Assembly (NCBI GenBank): GCA_040954595.2
Contig: CM082594.2
Location: 3,953,319-4,017,318, forward strand
Direction of reading: 5' to 3'
DNA from: Balanoglossus misakiensis
Taxonomy: Eukaryota > Animalia > Hemichordata
DNA: 64,000 nt
Position 1 is the first letter of the stretch, and every line of letters begins with the position of its first letter. The notes beneath the pieces were generated by a model. It was not told where the DNA came from. It did not search any database and saw only the letters and a program-made list of their open reading frames with translations. The translations under genes were made by a program, and so were the position numbers. Positions 40,021 to 49,167 of this stretch are shown piece after piece.

Positions 40021-40827
40021 TGTTCGCCTGATTATTTCAGATTCTTTTCAATTTGAATTTTCAGCAAAAAACATGTAATTGTAGATCACCTTGTCACATG
40101 ATACATATCATGTATTGAGAATTTCAGTGACCGCGGACGGAGAAAGCGGATCGTTTTGATTCACAGTAGTAAGATTCGGTCGATGAGGGCGCGCTTGCCT
40201 GGACCCAGCTTACCGGCCCCCATGGCCCCCATGTGCATTGCCATGCCAAGGCCAACATTAGATCTAAAGTGATTTTGAGTTAAACTCCTGCTATGCACTC
40301 ATGTTTATAAATCAGGTGACTCCCAGTATGGATTGCTTTGCCTGAATAACAAATCGTTTATTTGACAATTTTACACAGTTCCCACGTTCATGTAATATGA
40401 TCAAGAAACTGGGTTGTCTGGCCATAAATGGGAGTGCCTCTCAATGAATCGTTTATTTGATAATTTTACACAGGTCCCACATAGTTTAAACAAGAAAGGG
40501 CGCTCTGAACATAAACTGTGAGATTATTAACAAATTTTACAAAATGGGAGGCCACTTGGCATTTCAGTATAGTTGGGAATAACATGTTTGACCTGCAGTG
40601 AAATAAGTGAATTTAGACCAATACACTGAGAGTATACAGATTTCATTCAAAAAAGTTTTATTAATATAACCCTATTAATCTATACATTGGTTTGACCATA
40701 TTGTTCTCAATTAGTATTGATTCCTCAACACACAATGAGCTAGGGGGTGACAGGGTTTGGTACCTTTTGGGAAGTACTGATCAAATGTAAATATTTTAAG
40801 TTTTTTTAAATTGTGTTGAATCATTTA

Positions 40828-43800
40828 TCACGAAAATCCAAAGAATTGATCTAAATTTTCACTAAATTTCTTGGGTTCTCCAGGCTTCAGGGGCTTCAGT
40901 GTTGATATATCCATTTCTTCAAGAGTTTTTGATAATTGGCTGAAAAATAAAATTGGAGGGGAAAAAATTAAGCAATGCATGTAATTGTTGATTCAACCAC
41001 ACAGTTTCTATTGCATGAATCTCCCTATACCAAGAAAAGAGTGCAGAAAATTAAAGTACATAAATATCTTAGAGACAATTTTAAGTACAAAGTACAGCAG
41101 CTAAATCTTCTTGATTTACCTTGCATTTTCCTTACTTTCCATAGAGGATTAAAGGGACAAAGTCTCTCTCTCGCTGCCCTTTTTCCATAACTTATGATTA
41201 ATACATGACGTCGTTTACGTCAATGTACACACGGACATATAGTGAATCAACGTTAGACCACGCACAACTTCCATGCCAATTGTACACACAAGAGTGAAAA
41301 ACTCGCCAAAATGAATAATCGGTGTTTACCATTTATTCATTTTGGCGGGACTTTTACTCTCATATCCTACGAACGGGATGGAAGTTGTGTGTGGTCAAAC
41401 ATTGATTCTCTGTATATCCACATGTAGAATAACATGAACGGTGTCTTGTATCAAACATAATTAATGGAAAAAGGGCAGCGAGAGAGAGACTTTGTCCCTT
41501 TAAGGTATGTTTTGACTTGGAAAACAAACAGTGAACACACTGATGTACTGGTATACTGTTAATTTCGTGCTACATGAGAAAAGAACATTACCTTGGTATA
41601 CAGTAAAACAGATGTCCGTCTTTGTAAAGTTTGTACGCCAGTTCAACTTGGTGGTTTCCCATCAGCTTTTCATTAATGACAACAACTAGTGGCTTCTTAG
41701 CACCCATGGTTTCTAGAACACTACCGGAACCTGTTTTTAAGGAGAAAGAAAAAGAACTTTCTTAGCAACTCAACATTGGCAGTTTAGTAGAACCGTAACA
41801 ATCCGCTAATGGACCTTTCAGGTTTTCTGATGGCAAATGACATCAGTGAGATTGCCATGACTTGTTTACCTGCATGACTGATGACCAAAGATGCTGCTTT
41901 CACGTCTTCTGAGATAGAATCTTTAAATCTAAACACATCCACGCGGAATGTTGGTGTTATCAATGGTTCCGGTTCATATTCACCGCGTCCAATCTGCAAC
42001 ACCAATCGCGTGTAGCCTAATCTCTCTAGTTGCTGAAAACAATAAGAGAACATCTATTAAAGTACCTAAGTCACCTGTACACATAGCTGCCAATCACAGG
42101 TTTTCACTTGGAGCTGCCAATCACAGGTTTTCACTTGGAGGGCAAATGTAAAAAAGTCCACCAAGACAGGATGTGATATGTATGCACGTATTATACTGGT
42201 ATCACTGTTACAAATTCTATTAGAAATTGCAGCTTCAGGGCAATGTCAATAGTCAATGTCTAGAAACCAAAACTTGCACGAAACTATTTGAAGCCCTGAA
42301 TAAACATGACCTGTACATGTATGTCACTGTAAGACAACCAACTGGACTACCTGCTTGTGTGTATGGTTAATAATATTAGTTTTTGGATTTTGCCCTGGTA
42401 ACCATTAATATCCTGGAACAAACTTCAGTCGTGCTCCTTTTGAAGAAACTAGTATTTTCCCTCTTCATTTCTGACTGGAGCAGTCCACAAATGGTCACAG
42501 AATTAATGTGATAGCAGATTTCCACCACTATGGTTTAATCCAAAATATATTGCTTTCTTTGGTAAAGTGGGACCTCTAAAGAAGGAAACAGGGGTGAACT
42601 GATGAAACAGTAAAGGTTCAGAGGAAATGGGAATCAGGCGATGTCCGCTCAAAAGTTACACAAATCTATTGTAAAATACAAACACTGGTGTTCACAGTTC
42701 CACATATATATTGCTACAGATAAGCTACACTTTTATTTTCACCGAAAATGCATGGAAAGCTATTTACAGGCCAGAACTGAAGTAATTTTGGGCAGCACAT
42801 AAACTTGTATCCTTTCCCAGAATAACTGATTTTGCATCAGAGGTGGAATCAAATGAAGCAATGCGACAGTAAACATCAATACAGGGTTTGGACTTTGGAT
42901 TATAATCCCTTGGGTGGAGGGACTGTTTTGATTTATAGTAAGATGACCCCACTTGGACACAGGGTTTTTGGCGGGAATTAGTATAGGTATGCCAGAGAAG
43001 AAAGGTTAATGATTGACTAGAGTAAAGGTGTTTTATTTGTTTCCTGTGAGGTTTGTCAATAGCCGGTTTGATTGATTATTCACCTGGGCCCTATTTTTAG
43101 TAGTCATATTGGGGATACGACTAGGAAAGACCATGGAAAGACAAATGCTCTAAATAAAGTCAAAATCTTGCTATTTTTTAAATGCTGTTTAGAGCTATTT
43201 TCAAGTACAATAACAGTCTTTTTGTTACTGTTCATAATTTTCTTAGTCAGTCAGTGATCTCTACAACGTAAAATTCAGCTTTCTCAAAAAGATACATTGT
43301 ATCATTTTCAGTAGACACCTGTCAAGGAGAGAATATGAAATCATATATAGTACCATATCATGGTTGCTTTTTGTTTTCATGTTAGATATTTTGTCATGAG
43401 TGACCTGGGTTTTGAGTGACAAGCAAACGTTTCCAAAACACGTGTATATATGGCCATTTTCATGACCCCCATCTTTGACCCCATATCCCGGTACATGTAT
43501 TTCTGTTGAGATATACTATAGCCGTTCCAGCATTCAACGAAGAATGCTAAAAGTTGAGCTCTGAAAAAACTTAAAGTAGCAGCGAAATATATGTCAGCTG
43601 ACCAGCACTATGGTCTCAAGATCGATACCAAACTGACAGATCACACGAAAATGCAAGAAAGGTCATGCCACAAATGTCAGGTCATGTAAGAGTCATGCAA
43701 ACGACCACTTGTTTTACAATTTGTAACTAACCTTTATCATGTGTTTACAGGAGTTAATTCACTCTGTATACACATTCTTGTTCGCATATCAGAAAAGGCA

Positions 43801-45480
43801 GCCCTGAAGAAAACTTCAGATTGATGTTTCACTATTTAAAGAATAGGGGAGGGGGTCAGTGTGAAATAGGTTGAAGTTTAGAAAGTGAGACAGTTTCTTT
43901 AGAATAATTCTGAGTCTGAGACAACTGTTACCATGGAAATCTAGAAGCAAGAATCATACCACTGGAAAATGTGTTTACCAATACAGTGTTCAAGACTGGA
44001 AAATTGTTTTTTCCAACAACTTTTGATATAATCAGATTTGGGTTGTTTGGTTTCCTCTTCCCATGTAACAGGTGTGACTAACTTTCAGAGATGGATGCAT
44101 TGTTCTAAAAATGTAAAATAGTTTTTTTTTTAACTTGCTAGGAAAAACAAAGAACCGCTACACTATGTACATTATTATTAGTTCAAACAATGTTGCGGTG
44201 GACTTGACCTCTGAAGATGTTATATGGAGTTTATCATATTTTATCTAAATACATTTTATAAAGAATTTTGTGACACCGTTTTTTTTATTATCACTCATCA
44301 TACTCAGTGCCCTTGTACGGTTTGACATTGAAATCCTTGATGTTGGAAAATGGTAATTAAACTTGTCACCCACATGAGTCACTGGTACTACATTTCTATG
44401 TGTACCATGGTTTCGAAAAACAATATCAAAGCAATGCACAACTGATGAACTAGAACACCTGAAACATGTAAACACTGTTACAACTTAGACAATATACAGC
44501 ACCTGCATGATTTTTCAAGATTTATTCTGGAGTTGGTAAAAAACTAGTGTGTTTATATAAAAACTGTGACAGATTTTTGAGGTTATATTTTTGTCACTCT
44601 TCCAACATTTTGAAAAGATCCGCCTACAGCATGAATCATGTAGTCTGTGGTGAGTCAGAAATGATCTGAATCAAACGGAAGAATCATACAGGTTTGAAAA
44701 CAGAAAAACAGTCCTGTGGTAGTTATGGTCGCAGCAACACCAACTCTCCAAATCACGAGTTTCTTGGAACTTGGAAGTTACATTTTTGATCAAATATTTC
44801 AAGCGAAAAACCAGCAGTGATAGTAAGGTGAGTTATGGCTTTGTGTGTGACAGAGTAAGTGATGTAAACATTCTGTGAAAATCAAGTGAAAGCGGTTTTT
44901 GGAAACCGAGTTCAGCAGTTACCCTGTGTGGATGTACACTGTGACCTTCTTTTGTTACAAAGCATAATTTATAGTAGATTGATACATTTTGGCAATCTTA
45001 TACCATGGAGGTAGTACATTGCAACAACCAACAATACACTTTGTTACATTTCATGTACATTTTTGGAGGCGTCCGGCGGAACCTAACCTCAGGTGTATGT
45101 ACTCTATTGTCCGCGCGTAAAACGGTCGTCATGGACAATACTACACACCACATGTTTGCTGTTTTATATGTGTATGAATGGCAGTGCACCAGACCGAACT
45201 CAATCATGACATTACGTAATTCTTGCCATGCATATCAAGTTTGTTCTGATCAGCCTGTCTGACAGAAACACATAGGAAACTGAATCACGACATAGCCGCT
45301 TTCTTCTGTTTATCCAATTCTATGTTTCAAACAATAAAACGACAAAAATGAATCACTCCAAAGTTGCAACTGTGCATCATGACTCACTTGACGGATGCCA
45401 TGGCTTGATACGGTCTCGATCAAGTCGTCAAATTTTGTGGTTCCGACAGTGACAAATGCTATCTTCTCACTACTAGCCAT
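40828..45480 (-). CDS. ALG13: UDP-N-acetylglucosamine transferase subunit ALG13, short GT28-only form (~168 aa)
   Basis: Exons 45480-45388 ([15 protein letters not shown]), 42032-41870 (LVLQIGRG...LVISHAG), 41730-41592 (SGSVLETM...[17 protein letters not shown]) and 40939-40828 (stop TGA). All GT-AG and phase-consistent. Confidence 0.93.
41153..41499. mobile_element. Foldback MITE with TTAA TSD (Kolobok-like), copy 2, in the last ALG13 intron
   Basis: Same TIRs and TTAA flanks as 38672-39017; its central loop is approximately the reverse complement of that in copy 1. Confidence 0.9.
42085..42140. repeat. 27-bp perfect tandem duplication
   Basis: AGCTGCCAATCACAGGTTTTCACTTGG occurs twice in tandem. 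Confidence 0.9.
42958..44928. mobile_element. Candidate non-autonomous Chapaev-like transposon in ALG13 intron 1
   Basis: TGGA|CACAGGGT ... ACCCTGTG|TGGA: CAC/GTG termini, 8-bp TIR, 4-bp direct repeat. No long ORF. Confidence 0.55.
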
Positions 45481-45762
45481 ATTCCATTTTAGGGCCCCTT
45501 GTCCTCTTCCGGGATCATTAACTCTTAAGAAAATGGTAATTTCCAGTAAAAATTACATAACTAAATTTATTATAAATAAGAAATATCAGATCAATTAATT
45601 ATCTAAGTATAATAAAAAATTATCTTAGATTGTAAATATATGGTGTAATTTAGCGTATTGTTAGTGAAAGCTAGCGAACGAGGTTAGTCACGTATCCCGT
45701 CAGCGAAAGAGTGACACGTGGTTTGACGCAGTGCATTGTGGGTTACGCACAGTGTACAAAAA
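45481..45762. promoter_or_regulatory. Bidirectional promoter between ALG13 and NTAQ1
   Basis: Divergent start codons 282 bp apart. ZNF143/Staf-like AACCCACAATGCACTGCG on the minus strand (45727-45744), E-box CACGTG (45715-45720), and ETS-like CTTCCGG (45506-45512). Confidence 0.65.
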
Positions 45763-48285
45763 ATGGCAGCAGTGAGTGCGTCTCTCTTCGCGCCTCGTGA
45801 TGACTGCATTTATACCTCCTGTTATTGGTAAGTTTGACACCCAAAAAATATTGCAACGTCTTTCTGGTACTTTGAGGAACGTTCTGGGAGCAGTTTTGCA
45901 AGAGTTGCACGGAACTCCATCATAGTGAAAACGATTTTTTGAGACTCCCGCGTAATAGATTCGTTAGCATGAGGCCAAGGGTCAGAAGCAGCGTCGCGTG
46001 GGTTTGGGGGCCTCGTGGTCCACAGCGCGGGAACCGTAAAAAACGCGTAATTTTTCAAATTTTACCGGCAAAATTATTTTCCCTATGCTTCTTTAGTTGT
46101 TTTGAACAAAATTCAGTGCATTGTTTGCATTTGCGGGGAGATTTTTGGCGCCTTTTCAAACTCTCGCGATGAAGACTTTTGTTCACGCGTTCATTTTGAA
46201 AAATGCTCGTAAATTTGTAACAGTCGGACTGCAAAGTTCAGCGTAAACGGGCCAAAGGCCACAAACGGTCGTTTTTAACTAATCAGAAATTTCCTAAGGT
46301 GTTTTTGAAAGACAAGCGAGCAAGTTTTCCTGGTTCTGATGCGTGAGAACCCGTGAAAATTGCATTGAAAAAATCTGTTTTTTGTTCGAATGAACATGTG
46401 TCGTCCATTTTTACTACGAAGTGTTTACTATGGCCCCATATTTGCATGCGCACAATTGCGCGTAGAGCAGAAATGGCGTGTTCATTCATGAGCTGTACGT
46501 GTGAATTTCCAAACGAAACCGACACAAAATTACGTCAAACTGTAGTTTATTTCATATTTTTACCATTTGTGAACCCAGACCACACAAACCCGGCAGTTTG
46601 GCACCAGAAAAGTAGAAAGGAATGCAGTTTTCATTGTAATTAACGAAGTGACCTATTTTACGTTCAGCGGTCGATTCGCGCCAACTTCGTGGAGTGAACT
46701 TAAAAAAGAGAGGGAAAATTGAATTTCGCAGAGAGCTGTGATTTCAAAGTACACTTATGTCCTTTAGTATTTATTCCGGGCATGCATAATTACTTCGCAG
46801 CGTCCCCGCGTGGGGTTCCTTTTATAAAGAGGCGGGAAAATGAACTCGCTGCACCTCCAGTCCACCATCCTCGGAAAAGCAAACTTGGCACTTTGCCAAC
46901 AATTGTGACAAATGCGTAATAGCCCTACAGATGAGTCACATTTTTTGCCTTTCGTGCGTTTTTCGTCTTTAAATATTAATGGTGGTTTGTTTTTCTTGTG
47001 CAGTGAAGAAAATGTGTGGAAGTTATGCGAGTTTGTCAAGGACAGCCACCAGGAAAAATTAAGAGAATTGTTCGTGGTTTTTGTGTCCAATGGAAATAGA
47101 ACGGTAAGTTGCGTGGGAAAATTCGTTTTATACACATTTCAGACAAAGAAAAATACTGAATTTCTTTAACGTTGATAAGCTTTTGCCTTTTAAGTTACAT
47201 TTTCATTTTGGCGACTTATTCAAGGTTTCACTGCTAAAATAATTTGTTTCTCATTGCAGGTCCCATTATGGAAACAAAGAGCTGCCAGGTCTGCAGAGGA
47301 ACCTGTAGTTTGGGCAAGTTAAAAAAAAATGAAATCACTGGTGAATAACACCTGTGGTTAAAATTTAACCAGGAGTAATTGCATTTTTGGCGCTCAGTTT
47401 TGAATGAAGACTTGCTAGTTACACAAAGGAAAGAAAAACAAACAATGTGATAACACTGTTAGTTAGGCATGCCCCAATTTAGATTGCTAATCAGACTTCT
47501 GCCTTTTTCATGTAAATGCATGCATCTACTTGTCTCCTACTGCCAATTACTATACTGGTGTTGATTACTACAAAGAAACAAGCTTATTGAAATTGCCTCA
47601 CTATTATGTAATATGGTCAGAACATTGCTTTATGACCCCAAGTTCATTGCCAAGTTCAATTTTATTGGCTCATCTTTTGTTTGACAGGACTACCATGTCT
47701 TCATGGTCAGCTCTGAACAAAACGATAGTGATAAAGTGTACGACCTGGATACAACACTGGCATTTCCTTGTAAATTCAGTCAATATTCGTCTGAAACATT
47801 TCATTCAGATATTAGACTACGGCCAGGATACCACAGGTAATTTATATCAAGGACTTGGAGAAAGGAACTAAATCACTGAAAAATACCAGAGGATGTCATT
47901 TGCTATGTTAAAACATTTTCCCACTTAATTTCCCCCTTTTTTACAAGATGAGCTATAAAACGTGTTCTGTTTACAGGAAATTCAGAGTTATTCCAGCCCA
48001 GACCTATCTGGAGAAATTTGCCTCTGATAGATCACACATGTTCAAGAATGGGAGATGGCTCTCGCCACCCCCAGAATATCCTTGTATTGAAACAGAAGGT
48101 GAGTGAGTGTACATCTCATCTTTGTGAGACATGGCGAGAAAATTTGGGTTTCTCGTCTTTCTGACTGGGCATTTCTTTGTTTTGTAGAGTCAAAAATGAA
48201 CTTGGATGATTTTATCTCGATGGATCCAACTGTTGGTTATGGGGAGGTTGTTAGTTTGGACGAGTTCAATACAAGATTTTCCTGA
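45763..48285 (+). CDS. NTAQ1: Protein N-terminal glutamine amidohydrolase NTAQ1/WDYHV1 (~195 aa)
   Basis: Exons 45763-45827, 47004-47103, 47260-47313, 47688-47836, 47977-48098 and 48188-48285 give [60 protein letters not shown] and [16 protein letters not shown]. Catalytic Cys/His/Asp motifs present. Intron 3 has a GC donor. AATAAA at 48543 and 49996. Confidence 0.95.
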
Positions 48286-48581
48286 AAGCCATATTTTTTG
48301 TTAGAGTTGCATTTGGCTGCTATTCAGTTTTGAATTGCTAGAAAAGTGCAAATATGCAAGTTCCAGAAAGCTTTTGAAAGTGTGGTATTTGTACCTTGTC
48401 ATTTACAAGTATGTCTGCAGTCCCATAGAGTTTAAGTATGCTTGGAGACTTAACATTTTAACGTAAAGCCTTGTATGTAAAATTGTACTCTAAAAAATCA
48501 TTTTACGAGAAGTTATTGCTGTGAATAATGTATATATACCAGAATAAAGGTCCGTGTTTCTGGATTTTTAAAAAAAACTTT

Positions 48582-48670
48582 GGGTTTGACCTTTCAGTCT
48601 GATTGGTATTTTCATCTGTTGGAATCGAAGCCATACAGTAAATACCATTCAGATTGCAAGGTTTCTTCCC
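48582..48670 (+). ncRNA. Putative pre-miRNA-like hairpin 1 of 4
   Basis: CAGTCTGATTGGTATTTTCATCTGT-loop-ACAGTAAATACCATTCAGATTG (core 48595-48656), plus lower stem GACCTT/AAGGTT. Confidence 0.55.
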
Positions 48671-48732
48671 TCTTCTGCGCCCTGGTGGATATCTACCTGC
48701 CTGTCTTTTTTGGTCTTCAAGGATTTTGTGAA

Positions 48733-48810
48733 TGGCGATCCAGTCTCAGTGTGCATTTTCATCTGTCTGCATTTCGATGGACAGTAAATGCCACTGAGAT
48801 TAGAGCGCTG
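48733..48810 (+). ncRNA. Putative pre-miRNA-like hairpin 2 of 4
   Basis: CAGTCTCAGTGTGCATTTTCATCTGT-loop-ACAGTAAATGCCACTGAGATTA (core 48741-48802), plus lower stem GGCG/CGCT. Confidence 0.55.
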
Positions 48811-48930
48811 GTCACAGCATCAACAAAGATCATCTGTCGCGGTTATTGTCAGATATGGGAGACGAATGTCCTTTGTCCGCAATCTCAGCTGGTTTCTGAA
48901 TGTTCTGAACTCTTCTCAGAGTGATGGCTC

Positions 48931-49004
48931 TTGCCTGCCAATCTGAATGTGCATTTTCACTGTGTGCCTGAGACAACAGTAAATGCCATTCAGGTTGACT
49001 GGAA
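48931..49004 (+). ncRNA. Putative pre-miRNA-like hairpin 3 of 4
   Basis: CAATCTGAATGTGCATTTTCACTGT-loop-ACAGTAAATGCCATTCAGGTTG (core 48939-48997). Confidence 0.55.
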
Positions 49005-49079
49005 TGATGCTACTTTGCACCGAGCGATTTTTCAACCTCCTGTTTTGAAGAAGATGAAACTGTTAATTGTCTCATGGAA

Positions 49080-49167
49080 GACAGACCACACTTCAGTCTC
49101 AATGTGTATTTTCACCTGTGCTTTTTTGCAAACAGTAAATACCATTGAGATTGCAGGGTACTCTGTC
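49080..49167 (+). ncRNA. Putative pre-miRNA-like hairpin 4 of 4
   Basis: CAGTCTCAATGTGTATTTTCACCTGT-loop-ACAGTAAATACCATTGAGATTG (core 49094-49153), plus basal stem GACAGA/TCTGTC. Confidence 0.55.

Noticed and set aside
40353-40480. ~95-bp imperfect tandem duplication (AATCGTTTATTTGAYAATTTTACACAG)
   Set aside because: Ordinary local duplication with no structure or covariation seen.
48880-48900. AATCTCAGCTGG resembling the miR-216 5' region
   Set aside because: The 3' half diverges and I could not find a complementary arm.
48595-49153. Four-repeat array read as CRISPR, IRE or SECIS elements
   Set aside because: Eukaryotic locus with no cas genes and long spacers; no CAGUGN apical loop; no AUGA/GA kink with apical AA on the + strand, and NTAQ1 has no internal UGA.
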